Below, one piece after another: positions 1 through 14,429 of a stretch of DNA of 64,000 nt (position 1 is its first letter; every line of letters starts with the position of its first letter). The translations under genes were made by a program, and so were the position numbers. The DNA lies in the NCBI RefSeq assembly GCF_000485595.1, contig NW_014577072.1, positions 555,413 through 619,412 on the forward strand, given 5' to 3'. Source of the DNA: Priapulus caudatus (taxonomy: Eukaryota). The notes below the pieces were generated by a model, which was not told the DNA's origin, did no database searches, and saw nothing but the letters and a program-made list of their open reading frames with translations.

Positions 1-34
1 GCATTGTTTTACATTATTCATTTCATTGTCCATT

Positions 35-526
35 AGCCTCGTTCACACCAGAGACCTCGTATATTTAATGAAAGTTAACGTATTTCGCGAACAAGTACCG
101 ATCTTAGACAAATACGGCGGCCAGCGTTCACACGCTGGATTCGCGGCTCCCAGAAATCGGTATTGGCGCGCTTGCGAGCTGCTACATATCAGAGACCAAT
201 GCGAAATAAAATGCGCAATGCGCACCAAAACTGAGCGCCGATAAAATACGTAGAGGTCCGCGCTCGATCAGTTCACACTCGCGCTTACAACTGGAACTTG
301 CCGGGCGCGGACGCAGTCTATAAAATACGCGGCTTCAGAAAATTCGGGTATTTAGCGCTCACACGAAGAAATGCGCGTCAAGAGATCCGGTATTCTTCAG
401 CACGGCAGTTATTCGCGGGTTGGGGAGCCGAGCCTCGTATTTACATGAAATACCAGATCTGTTTAGATACCGTATTTCTTGGACCGCGCATTTTGCCTCT
501 ATTTCTTGCTACGTGTGAGCGCGGCT
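35..526. mobile_element. Non-autonomous DNA transposon (MITE), PIF/Harbinger-like
   Basis: Terminal inverted repeats AGCCTCGTTCACAC (35-48) and GTGTGAGCGCGGCT (513-526), 2 mismatches. Flanked by ATT on both sides (32-34, 527-529), a candidate 3-bp TSD. No coding capacity. The left part carries indel noise relative to the copy at 3108. Confidence 0.6.
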
Positions 527-682
527 ATTGTCCTTCATTGTCATTCATTCATTCATTCATTCATTGTTTCCTCATTGTTTTAATCCTCATTGTTTTCCTC
601 ATTGACCTACGACGTTATTACGACGCGCGTATTGCTGTGTCTATAGCGTCTAAAAATAGAGCGGCTACGTTTCTCATCACCC

Positions 683-684
<2 letters not shown>

Positions 685-733
<49 letters not shown>
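685..733. repeat. (GA)n microsatellite
   Basis: Pure AG dinucleotide run. Confidence 0.98.
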
Positions 734-736
<3 letters not shown>

Positions 737-1000
737 CCGTATCCGAATCCGATTCCCGTCGCGAGAATTCCTCATATTGGATGAAGTCGATGGCAGATTT
801 AATTTGCTTGCGATGTCCTTTAGCTATCCCGCATGTTTCTCCATACATTAGAAAGACGGTGCGGCGTCCGCTGCCGCAGCAGTAGGTGCCGCATGTGCGG
901 CACGACGATATTTTATCGGCAATCGATCACGTCTTGCTGGTGGCATCTCTCCGATTTTAAACCGCGCGCGCGCCTCTGCGTTATAGCTGCATGGTGACAT

Positions 1001-1242
1001 ATTTGCCAGGTGGTGTTCGTGTTGTTGTTCGCATGCGTTGGATAACCAGGAGGCGCTTGTATCTTTGGACAGGTGCGTCCGCTCACCAGGTGGCGCTTAT
1101 GGCGATGACCGCGTGCGTCCGCTCACCAGGTGGCGCTCGTGGCGATGACCGCGTGCGTCCGCTCACCAGGTGGCGTTCGCGGCGATGACCGCGTGCGTCC
1201 GATCACCAGGTGACGTTCGCGGCGATGACCGCGTGCGTCCGA
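1001..1242 (+). repeat. 40-bp minisatellite, 6 units, each with a CTCF-like core
   Basis: CCAGG recurs at 1006, 1046, 1086, 1126, 1166 and 1206. Units 3-6 are near-identical (GCTCACCAGGTGGCGYTCGYGGCGATGACCGCGTGCGTCC); units 1-2 are degenerate. Confidence 0.9.
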
Positions 1243-3107
1243 CACGCACACGCACACGGCCACGCACACGCGCACGCACACGCATACGCACACGGGCACG
1301 CTTGCTCACGCACACGCGCACACACTAGCAAACGTACACACGCGCGTACATGGACGAACCATGCACGCACGCACGTACGTAAGCGCGCACACAGACACGC
1401 GGACGGAATGCTGCACACGGACGTGGACGTGAACAGACACGCGGACGTGAATGCTGCATAAATTCGTACGCGATATGATTTCAAACCTCTATCTATACAG
1501 TTGTTTTATGAAACTTCAGAAATCTTCTAGGGTTATAATTATATTTAATACGGTATGGCAGTGAATGTTATTGTGTTTATCTGCGCCATGCGGCTGAGCT
1601 ATATCAGTGCATGACAAATCAATAGAGTACATAAAACTTTTTCAATTAAAGTAAACTCGATGGCGTTAAAACCTGCAGCCGTACGCAATATATATGCGAA
1701 CATATACACGTTCGTATTGACTATCGAGAACAGGGAAGAGCCTGATGTTTGCTGATCAAATATACCAAAAGGAAGAAACAACTTTGCTTCCGACTGCTTC
1801 ATTAAAATGGTCACAATTGGCAAGCAAAAGAGGAGAAACCAAAACAAACAACAACGCTAGCTGGGTAAACATGTGGATGAAACATTTGCGCGCATCTTTC
1901 CGACACCTCATTTTCTATTTCGGAAACTAGACTGTAAATTCTTCAAACACAAAATCAGGGTGCTGGCGTTTTGATAAAACTGAGGACAAACTGGTCATTT
2001 ATGCTCGTTTGTTTAATGACACCCGCCAGCTGCGTGCGATAATTGAAAGCTTTAAACATTTTTCGGTTTGGAATTGACATCCGTTCCGTGACACCCATGT
2101 TATAAATACATTGGACCCCCCTGCAGTCCGCGTATGCAGAAACAGTACGTAGGCGCCTTTAACGTACAGTTTTCTTTTGCGCATTTTCGCGGCGAATTCC
2201 ATCTTCGCTGACGATTCTTCTGAAGCCACTTGATTTTAAAATTTATTTTTGCTGATTCAGATTCGCACAAGCGTATTTTATTACGTAGTTCTTTACGCGT
2301 CTCATTGATTGGCAACGAGTGGCGCGTATACGCGGCCAGTTGCAGCTAGAATTACGTTAAACTCACCGTTCCTAATCGTAGCGACTTGCTTGTGTTTCGC
2401 CGACCCTTTTGAATTTCAATATTTGCCGCTTCTATGATTTCTCCACACGCAAGGGCAGGCCAACTGTATTCACGCAAAAAGATTCAGTAACGCGGAAATA
2501 TGGCATAAATCACGGACAAGTTAATTAATTTATAAAACTGTTTATTTAGGTATTTGTATTGAATTTCAGCCGACGAGGTATGCATTTTGCAGACGCGCTG
2601 TATTCCGCGGTCAAGGTTTTCGTTTACAAATAAGTAATTAGGTGTCAACGCTCATTAAAAATCGTACTTTAATGTGTGAGGGGGAGGAGGGTAATAGTAA
2701 TTGATATTTGCCAAGAATTTATGACTAGTCATGGGGAAAATAACACACACCCAAGTATTGCCACAGCTATTACAACTGGCTTTCCATTTTGTCGTTTCCC
2801 TCGATAAAACATGGAGAAAACACCTCGTCTTTTTTCTTCGGTCAGATGTTTTATCCTTTTAACAATGTAAACATTATACATTGAGTAAATTCCTTTGGAT
2901 AAAAAGTATTTCGTGTTGAAATTGCTCAATGTTTATAATGAGTGACGCAACATACAATTTTACAATTACTAGACAGCGCGTTAGCTAGAGCAAGAAAAAA
3001 CAGTATACAAATACACAATTAACAAGATTTATCATTTCATGATCGATTTAATCCTCATTGTTTTCTCATCGTTCCCTCATTGTTTTCATTATTCATTCAT
3101 TGTCATT

Positions 3108-3535
3108 AGCCTCGTTCACACGAGACCTCGTATTTATGAAATACGGTATTTGCGAAATACCGAATCTGAGACAATAGCCTCGTTCACACGAGACCTCGTA
3201 TTTATGAAATACGGTATTTGCGAAATACCGAATCTGAGACAAATACGCGGCCGAGCGTTCACACGCTGATTCGCGGCTCCAGAAATACGGTATTTGCGAA
3301 ATACCGAATCTGAGACAAATACGCGGCCGAGCGTTCACACGCTGATTCGCGGCTCCAGAAATACGGTATTTGCGAAATACCGAATCTGAGACAAATACGC
3401 GGCCGAGCGTTCACACGCTGATTCGCGGCTCCAGAAATACGGTATTTGCGAAATACCGAATCTGAGACAAATACGCGGCCGAGCGTTCACACGCTGATTC
3501 GCGGCTCCAGAAATACGGTATTTGCGAAATACCGA
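3108..3535. mobile_element. Left end of the same MITE as 35-526, with a 68-bp duplication and ~4 identical 76-bp units, truncated by a 10-N gap
   Basis: Starts ATT|AGCCTCGTTCACAC at 3108 and restarts at 3176. AAATACGCGG recurs at 3241, 3317, 3393 and 3469. Confidence 0.8.
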
Positions 3536-3545
3536 NNNNNNNNNN

Positions 3546-3814
3546 AAGTCTTAATGTTTTTTCTACTCTTTTTCACCTATTATTGCCGACAATTTCCTGG
3601 AAATGCGGTCCAAATGTTCATCTGCAACACACGCTGGCTACCGCACGCTAGCTGCTGCACACTGACACATAAATATATATTTATGTGTCAGTGTGCAGCA
3701 GCTAGCGTGCGGCAGCCAGCGTGTGTTGCAGTCTTGCAGATGAGCATTTGGACAGCATTTACAGGAAATTGTCGGCAATAATAGGAGAAAGAAAGTAGAG
3801 AAACATTAAGACTT
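3546..3814. repeat. ~270-bp near-perfect palindrome (fold-back element/MITE-like)
   Basis: AAGTCTTAATGTTT...AAACATTAAGACTT. Arms pair throughout, centred on ATAAATATATATTTAT (~3676), with scattered substitutions and one short insertion. Confidence 0.9.
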
Positions 3815-4799
3815 TGGTAGTAAATATATTTCGTATTTATTTAGCATTATATTTTATTGAAACGCTCCAAGTGCCTGTGAGCGTCATGACATCTAACCTG
3901 ATGCAACGTCACAAAGAGACGACAGCGCACTCTAGTGGCGTTCAAGCATCTTTCTCTCATTTCATCTCTCACCTCGGTTTCACTCTCGATCGCGAACTGG
4001 GCCTTCAGGATGGATGATTGCTCCTGACGGTTATGCTCTTCGCTTCGTCTAAAGCACTTCTGATGATATCCGTAAGTGTGTGGACGTAATAGAGAAGCTA
4101 CAGCCACGCATTGTGGAGTCGTCTGCCTGCCTCGGCACTAGTAGCATGCATTCTGTGCCCACTATGGCTGAGCATTGCAATTCACACAAGGCCTCCATGC
4201 TGGGCTTCATAAAGGTTCGCCACACAAAAGGAGAAAGCATTACGTTTAATGGCGTATATAAAGCTATTGTGTCATTTAGCTGTGAAGGGCTGGCTTTGTG
4301 TGCTTGAATAAGGCACCTGCTAGCCTGGGTTTCACACCACTTGGAAGCAATAGTTGGCGCTAGTTATACACACGAACCTCGGGAGGTTTTCACTCCGATA
4401 AATTATTTCGGTACGCAGGCTCGACGGCCTAGTCTCGTATCTAGAGCGCATGCGCACCAAGAGCGCAAATTGCATATTGTGCCACAGTGGGATGGAATGC
4501 GAAAACCAGTGACGGCTGTCATGTGGATTGGGATATACCGCGATGGCGTGCCGCACTTGGAACTAATAAAGTTACGTACAAACCTCCAAGGCTTGGCCAG
4601 TTTCACGGCATGGCCGTTGCTGATTAAATTGTGCTCGGACGGGAGTTAAACTAATAAAAACGATAAGTGTCTGAATGCATAAAACAGAGCCATGTATCTG
4701 CTGCCTACGATGGCGAACTGAGAGACACCCCTCACTGAAAATATTAGCTCAGTGATAGATCTATATATAGTGTATCTTTACACCAGCGAACGGAGCGAC

Positions 4800-5876
<1,077 letters not shown>

Positions 5877-6584
5877 CTCTTTCTATATATATTATATATA
5901 TCGACATGATACAATATAGATGACCCGCCCTGGCTCGTGAGTTACTCACGGGGAGTCTTGGCGTGAACACATGTTCGCGGCTGGACGCTATTTCCCGCGT
6001 ATTTTATGATTATATAGGGCCGCGGCGTGAGACGAAAAAAACACAGACAAATCCGCCAGCGTTCAATAGACAGTAATAAAATAAAGTAAAATATTTATTC
6101 GAAATGGTATTCGGCGTTGGGAGAGCATCGTAAAGTGGAATCCGAGTCGTGCGGATGCGTTCTCCTTCTCCGGGCCGCGTCTGGCCGAGGCCTGTTCTTA
6201 TCTGCGCAAGAGCGCACGACCCGGGTGTGCGAGGCATTTAAATTCATGCAATCAGAGATGAACAAGGCGAGCGACATCGAGATGGACGTGTACGGCAAAA
6301 GAACACGAGACATTACCATCGGCAATTGGCGTCTCATATTGGACAGCTCATTCGAGACTGTGACAATGATTTGCCATTACGATTACCGGGCAGCGTGGAG
6401 CTCTTGTGGAAAGAGCGCGGGCGCACGCGAAGGAATCAATGGTAATATTATCTCTACAGATCAGTAAACGCTGCTTGTTTGACGACGCATCATCGCTGTG
6501 TGACTTGCACATAATCGCACTAATCATGCCGCATGTAAATTGTCAAGGCGCCTCGGATGGCTCTTCCGCTCGTTGTTTGGCGCA

Positions 6585-7110
6585 TCTCGTCCTCATATAA
6601 TAGACCACATCGTAGACTGTAGTCACACCGTCCTTATATAGCAGACTACAGCGTAGACGGTAATCACGTAGTCTTTATACAATAAATCACAGCGTAGACT
6701 GTCCTCACATCGTCCTCATATAAGATATCACAGCATAGACTGTAGTAACATCGTCCCCATATAAGATATCACAGCTTAGTCTTTTAGTAACATCGTCCTC
6801 ATATAAGACATCACAGCTTAGACTTTAGTAACATCGTCCTCATATAAGACATCACAGCTTAGACTTTAGTAGCATCGTCCTCATATAAGATATCACAGCG
6901 TAGACTTTAGTAACATCGTCCTCAACATATAAGATATCACACGTAGACTTTAGTAACAGTCGTCCTCATAATAAAGACATACAGCGTAGACTGTAGTACA
7001 TCGTCCTCATATAAGATATCACAAGCAGTAGATTTTGGTAACACGTCATGCATATAAACAGTCACAGCGTAGACTTTTAGTAAACATCGTCCTTATATAA
7101 GCAGACCACT
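6585..7110. repeat. ~41-bp minisatellite, about 12 copies
   Basis: Consensus CATCGTCCTCATATAAGAYATCACAGCGTAGACTKTAGTAA; edge copies diverged. Confidence 0.93.
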
Positions 7111-7916
7111 GCTTATATTACGATATATACACTATTAGGACGTAAGTTCACACAAAAATGCAGTAGTATCTATAAACAAATTTTTTCGAAGAGGCATTTT
7201 AATTATATATTCTCATAGGACATTTTAATCTGATTAGCAATACTTATAGCGCGGACGATTCGCATACGCACGTGTACTGGGAGTATAATCCTATACTGAG
7301 CATGCACATCGCTTTTGACACTATTTGTAACATGGAGCACATTTGTTCTAAATGTCTACGTGGGCGTGCCTTAATTGGAAACACCCTGCAGCGAAAGAAC
7401 ACCATCTCGCGATTAGGAAACCCATACAATGAGGAGATGCTTGCCTAATAATATGCACACACCTTTAAAGCACAGCAAGACGTGAACGTAGGTGAGCACA
7501 GTTCGATGACCGAATGCGTGTCAGCATTGTGAATACTTGCATTTCGAAGCCCGTAGTGCGGTAGTTTAAAAATAAATCAAGATGCTTGTCGAGGTACCTT
7601 GATGTATATTAATGCTTTGCTACGCTGCGATTGAGGAGCAGCGTGGTGCCTTCTGAATCGTAATTGGCGCACGAAGCATCTAGCGTAAACAAGCGTAATT
7701 CTTAAACGTCGATAGGCGCAGTGATTTACAGCACGCCTGTTTCTCGGGAAATGTACTAAAACACCTGAAAGTGGCGGCGTGATCACCATGCTATTAATTT
7801 AGCACTAATTTCCAGGTGTCGCTTTTGATCGTGTACGTTAAATACAAACAAAGTGAATGGCAATCGCGCTCTTAATACAAATATTTCGGAATCACGAAAA
7901 AGAAATCGCATAATTA

Positions 7917-7967
7917 TCAAGAGCGTATAATACGCTTATATCTGCTGAGGTAATTATTAGCTCTTGA
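7917..7967. repeat. Short imperfect palindrome, same family as 62767-62805
   Basis: TCAAGAGCGTATAATAC...GTAATTATTAGCTCTTGA. Confidence 0.6.
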
Positions 7968-8189
7968 TATTAATGGATTAAAAGGTTCATGTCGGCTCGC
8001 GCACTGACAAATACCAGTTCATGTAGCCAAAAGAATCTATCAGAATTAATGTATTCTTATTTCATTATTAACGGTCCACAAGACGACGTAATACTTAAAA
8101 GCGATGACTTTGATCGATAATCTTATCAGAATCTGGAACGCGTTTGTCAAGGATTATGCATTACTACGCAAGCCGCTAAACTCACAGGC

Positions 8190-8198
8190 AACACACAC

Positions 8199-8232
<34 letters not shown>

Positions 8233-8470
8233 CACACACAACACACACACACACGCCACAGCAACACACACACACTCACAACACAGCACACAACACACAC
8301 ACACCACACACGACACACACACACACACTACACACACACATACGCCACCACGCACACACGTCACGGCTATTGGTGTCACGCAGCACGCTCTGCGCCTGAT
8401 TCGCACGCCACACCCACGCACGCACTGCACTGCAAGGCAGCTCACGGCACGTACGCATACATGACACACT
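8190..8470. repeat. Degenerate (CA)n tract
   Basis: CA-rich low complexity with indel-like interruptions. Confidence 0.9.
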
Positions 8471-10085
8471 AGCTTTGCCAAACACGTGCACATATATATA
8501 TATACATTTTACGCGTAACGCCCGTTTTACTTTATGACTAAAGTTACGCATATTTTAGGAAATATAATACCGCCGCTTTAAAACTACACGTGTAGACCTT
8601 ATCACCCCCATCTGGCAGTGGTAAATTTCTCGTAGCTCCACATAGGTCACGGTTTCTCACATACACGCTCGTGTTTCCTGAAAACAGTATATAAATGCTT
8701 CATTCACCACGCTCCGTATTTGTAACGCGTTGAAAAAAATCGAAATCGGCGATTTTCTTGAGCTTAACATCGAAGACAATCCGTTTATAGAAAGCAGATG
8801 ACAATCACATGTGTATCGCATTTATAATTTTCTAGCGTAAAAGAGCAAAAATTCGCGCACTCAGAAGAAAGAGAACAGAGAAAAGAAAAGACGGCCGCAC
8901 GCACAAGAGCACGTGAATGTATCTTTTCTCACCAATCATATTTGCGAGTCACGTCATAGTATGCAATCTCGATTACATATTATGACGAGACTAGGACTGT
9001 TATGCACGCACGACGTGACGTCACATGGGTCACTTTAGCGCTACTGTTAATGTCATCAGTCGTTGATATCATTGTTCCTTAGATTATTGAAATGTAAATT
9101 GAATTTGGACGTTTTAGGCTTCTGAGAAATTACTGATAGATCTAAATTACTCAATTAGGGAAGATTTCTCCCAGGATTGCCCAGGAGTACTTTGTTTTTT
9201 AACGTTCCCTACGGAGGCAACTATTCTTAACTAATCTTTCTATTAGCACTGACAGCATTGCAATCTAACCGAGCAGATTTATACGAAAATAATTGTGGAA
9301 GAAAAATGAAAATAGCTTTATGCGGCATTAAGTATCGTTATAAACGCCTAAACCGCAGATAGAAATAGCGGCTCACACACGTATTGCTAGACTCGAACAC
9401 GCTTTGAAATACTGTATATATGCACGTTGACATCGCATTGCTTTTTTAATCACGGTAGCTGTTACGCTGGTTATCGTGGTTTATTGCTGCACAATAGCAA
9501 GCATTAATCGTTAATTTCACATAAAGTGAGCAAAGTATAAAGGTTTCACTTCGTCGAACGCATCCCCGCTTCCATCTAATATCTAATTCGATCGCATATT
9601 TCCTAACGAGTTTAAACGTACATGAATCATGTTATGTGCAGAAAGTGATTTCATATTGAAATCGCAAATGCGTGCAAAGTGTGCTCTTGATTGCCCTAAT
9701 AATTTTCGTGGGGCTATTTAATGAGGAAACGAACCAATCATCATCAAACCGTTTACGGGGCCGTGCAACAATAATGGAAATAGACAGTGACGGTATATAG
9801 GGACAAGATAATCCGCTTCTTCTAATAGGAAAAACAGATTCTTCACATATTAATGTTAACGAAGATATTTTCACGCTAGAACTGCTCTCAGTGTCATAAC
9901 ACATTCAGCACACTTAACCATTTTAGGCATTAATGGATCGATGACGCATCGCTCTCTTAAACGCCACTTGTAAAATAATATCAAGACGATACACAGAGAT
10001 AACTATAACTATACTAGATCGATTGCCTTGCGCATGCATGCTAGACGATATCATCACCATTGAGTAAAAGTTTAACCTTATATAT

Positions 10086-10269
10086 TATAATGTGGTTATG
10101 TGCAATTTGGCAAAATAATCTGTAAATAGATGGATGAAACATCATCGTAACATCTAATAATATTTTGTGGTTATGTGCATTTAATAATATAATGTGGTTA
10201 TGGGCTATTTGGCAAAATAAACTGTAAATATATGGATGAAACATCATCGTAACATCTAATCATATTTTG
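10086..10269. repeat. Local tandem duplication, period 102 bp
   Basis: TATAATGTGGTTATG...CATCTAATMATATTTTG at 10086 and 10188, with a few substitutions. Confidence 0.9.
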
Positions 10270-12765
10270 CAAAGTCAATTAAACGCCACTCGTCGAGTCA
10301 GCTTATATTGAGCAATAAGCAGAAAAACACCAGGAAATGATTTCAGCACGAGTGAATAAACGTGTAGGAAAGGAGCAGTGGAAATGAACGAAATTCGAAT
10401 CGTAATCAATTTATTTTATTCGTAAACGTTTTAACCGAATTGTACTTTTTGTAATCAAATTGCCTCGGGAGGTTGCGGTTTAGCTGCATTTTAAACGTTT
10501 TTCTTTCCGTCCGTCCGTTTTTTTTCTTCGCCATCGCCAGCTGTCATGTCAGTTACCGGCTGTAATTGCTAACCGCGAGGGGATCGGCGACATCTGTGGT
10601 AATAACCCACCCATCATGCTGCGTGCTATATGGTCACATCAGCTGCCAGTGGTTCTGCCCCTTTATGGGCGCGAAGTTGTAAAATGTCTTGCCTCGAGCC
10701 GAGATGGCCACCTCATTTTATCGTCCATGCGCGCGCACATCTATACATCGAATCCTACCGAGCTGGATAACCCGGATGTTCGACCACATCCGGCACATGT
10801 CATCGTTCCTGCTCCGCCCATATGTTCACTGCGGAGAATTCGATGAAAACGAATCTATCCGTCTCATCCCGCAGACTGAGTGGAAGACGCGGTGATGATG
10901 CGCTTCATCATGCGGAGATATTGTGGAAGCGATGCCGAGTCCCGCATGTACTCAGCATGGCGCCGCCAGGACGCATCCCGCGCCACCAGGAAGCACTGGA
11001 ATAAAATCTTGGCATTGAAATTACCACCAACTCGCTAGTGAAGCACAATGATGCGTTTCACACTGCGTATTACGTCGCACTGTATATTCTAATCGATTCG
11101 CCGCTTTTTATCTAGTTTCTGCAGTCCGTAATTTGCTTTGTGGGGTGTAATTTTCGTTTTTAGTAACATTACTAAGTTATGCAGATTTCATAAATTATTC
11201 AGCAGTCGTGATTGCAGAACTTTCTCATTAACGAGCCGTTTTTCCTACGTGTCAGATATGCTGATTTTGGCAAATCAAGGTAAAGCGATTCACATCGGCG
11301 GATGGCAAATTTTTTTGATAACGTCTCGAGGTTCAGGACGTTTGCATGCGACAAAAATTGTGAAGCAGTAATTTGAATTATTTCGCAGGAATAGCTCATG
11401 TCTGTAGATAGATTTATCTAACGCATGCGCGCTCGCGCGTGCATTTAACATCACGTGTTCACTATCCTCGGGTCACTACGGATTGTGTTTTTCTCCTCGC
11501 ATGGATTATCCTTGGTCAATGTGATTATACACGACAAAGACGGCTTCGGTCAATACATGCACTGGGAATGTATTAGGAAACACATCGCGCGCAGGAATGG
11601 GGGAAGGGGCCTGTCACACGACATCGACGCAGCTTCTCTACACTATGTTTTCACGTTGTTTACCGCAGTGTATGTAATAAAGAAGTGTACCGATCTCTCT
11701 GGCGTACACTCGAATTCGCATTTCTGTTGCCTGTAGACCAAATGCCGCGTTGGTTAAACTCTGTTCAAAATCCCAATCTGCGAGATTCAGTCCGCTGCAA
11801 TATACAAACCCGACAGCGCGGAATTCTCGGTCGCGAGATCGTCAATTGCACCGCGCGTAGCGAGTCTGCTGCTGCTATTTGCACGCTAGCGATCAACACG
11901 GGCAATGCATCACCCGCTTGCTCCGAACATGCACAGGATGTGCGATAGTCTTGGTATTCATGGACGAGGAGATCTTAAAGCAAACACGGATTGAACTGCT
12001 CCAATCGGTTTTGCTCACGCTGTTACAACTTAATTGCTGAACTAATTGTACAACCACAGGCCCGGCGCTTGCGAGCGCGTGAACGCGTCTGTCACGTGTT
12101 ACACGCATGCGTCCCCTAACTGCGACATTCTCATAAATAATTATACAAATATTCTTTAAAATGCGCGTTAAAACATTGTCTAATGTGCGTAAAAATAACG
12201 AATAAATCGTGCTGCCAACAAAACAACTTTTAGTATCGGTAGTCCTTTCATGTTTAATAAAGAAAACGAATCGATAGCCACAGTCACAGAAGAGCAGCTA
12301 TGACACTTGAAGGCTTAGGAACAACATTAGATTATTAATGCATGTTTCTATACGCACATACATATTAAATAAAAATCGGTTGCGCTATAAGCGACTTCAC
12401 GTGCAGGAGGTGTGGATGCTACTGTTTTACTTTTGCCTGAAACCTATAGATGTCTGTAATGTGCAATTCGCGTTAAAATGCGACACTATTGTTTCGTAAG
12501 TAAGCGCCTATACGAACATATTTCGATTTTTGATAGCACACATTACGTGCCATTGCAGCTGATGCAGTGTGGAAAAATGAGCATTGATCATGCGTTATTG
12601 ATGCTATATGCATCCGATGACACTAGTAATGTTCTAATCCAGTAAAGTATTTGTACACAAAGGCTCGTACGCGTAGAGTAAATTGTAAACACAAATAAAT
12701 CCATACACTCGCGTCTCTACATATATCACATAAAACCACACAAATAGAGGACCTCTTATACACGA

Positions 12766-12780
12766 ACACACACACGCGCG

Positions 12781-12824
<44 letters not shown>

Positions 12825-12841
12825 NNNNNNNNNNACGACAG

Positions 12842-12904
<63 letters not shown>

Positions 12905-13030
12905 CGCGCGCGCACGCGCACACGCCCACGCACACGCACACGCACACGCGCACGCTCACGCGCACGCGCACACACACGCACACGCACACGCACACGCGCA
13001 CGCACACGCACACACACACACACACACATG
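12766..13030. repeat. (CA)n/(CG)n/(CACGCA)n alternating purine-pyrimidine tract with 10-N gap
   Basis: Seen directly; N 12825-12834. Confidence 0.95.
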
Positions 13031-14429
13031 CACGCTAAATATACGAGGCCTATTCTTGATTTAATTGTCACAATCGCGCTAAAATGTCTGCACTTGTGAT
13101 CATTAGAGAGAGTGACAGAAAGCTATGCATGATTCACGATAGCCTCCTTACCCAGCCTAGTTTCTTCCCGGTACATGTCTCTTACCTCATGACATTTCGA
13201 CCGATGGGCTTGTAATTGGCAGGGAGTATGAATGACGTCATAATTTGATAGGCGGTGTGATTGGTAGCGTGGACTTAAGTAATCATATCGACTATACTAT
13301 GATTGCTATATGTACATTATGAATCAGTCCATGAAGGGGCTAATTACGCCCACTACGCAAGAACATTTGTATTTCGTTGATCTACAACTCACTTGTATAC
13401 GTACAGTAAAGCACTGTTAAACTGTTTAAAACGGGCCCGTGAATTATGATTAAATGAAAAGTGGATGGGAAATAAATTGAGGAATCTGCCAGTGCATCTC
13501 TGGGTAATGTTGTTGAACCTCGAGATTACGGGAAAATTCTCGTTCGAGGTAAAATAGCAACCATATATTATAGGTTCCTTATATGAAATCTATCTTTCTA
13601 AGTTCATAGTTTTTCGATATTAAATTTACTAAACAAAAGGGTTTTCTGATGCTTAACAAGCTGGAGGCCGGCAACGATGTCCGCCCTAATATATCTATCG
13701 ATGAGGTGTTTTTGACGTGAGTGATATTTTCTGCTAGCAGCTGGTATAACATATAATGCGGCTGACACACGAGTATGCATTACACAGGTGCGCAAACAAA
13801 CGACCAGAATTCGAATACTCTTCGTGAAATAAGTTGCGTTCGCCGTAAAGCATTCAGTCGTGCTTATCTAAACGCATAGGAAAAACCAAATAGTGCATGG
13901 TTTGAATTCGAATCGAAGTGTAACCAAACACAACAGTTATTGACGCTGTGTTGAAAATTTCCTGCCTGCCGTCGAGGGCAAAATGATTGGGCGTACTTCA
14001 TTTAAGGGGGACAACGGTGGCCGCAGATACTCGTTATGTTTTCACACGCTGACATCGCCACTAAAATAATGTCGTGTAGCAATCGTACGCCGCGGAAGGA
14101 GTGCTACCGAGCGGCAGTATAGAGTAGATCGCTAGTAGATTTATGCTCGAGATCTGGTTTTTTTTTTTAACTTACGCGATAAATATTATATTAGCTGTTA
14201 TTGTACGCCCGGCTGTCTATCATGAAGGTATGATCCAAGTCGTTACTTCTTCGTTGATGGTCAGGCTCTCGTTAATAATGAAAGTAAATCAGTGGCATAT
14301 CAGGTCGTCTTACTCCTATAATTGTGTTGCACTTTCGCCTGCTCTTATCCGATTGAGTTACACTTCTTATGCAATTGTATCATACTTATTCAATCCGTAA
14401 TGCATGAGTGGGATAATTTCCTCCGGTAG

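Noticed and set aside
1860..2230. Faint THAP-like words on the minus strand (PTYCFCIRG; FPK..ARK)
   Set aside because: Needs several frameshifts and stops, and lacks the C2CH completion; indistinguishable from chance by eye.
3108..3535. CRISPR-like repeats with internal palindrome
   Set aside because: Units are fully identical with no unique spacers, there are no cas genes, the context is eukaryotic, and the sequence derives from a MITE.
4040..4100. Hammerhead-like CTGATGA-stem-GTAA (also CTGATGA..GAAA at ~63906)
   Set aside because: Core nucleotides or stem II/UH site are not satisfied, and stems I/III are missing.
5915..5955. Hairpin CGTGAGT-T-ACTCACG as a Helitron 3' end on the minus strand
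   Set aside because: No CTRR terminus at the expected position and no identifiable 5' end.
10616..11040. GC-rich stretch with overlapping 60-76 aa ORFs
   Set aside because: No recognisable domain or splice structure; could be an old element fragment but is unsupported without a search.
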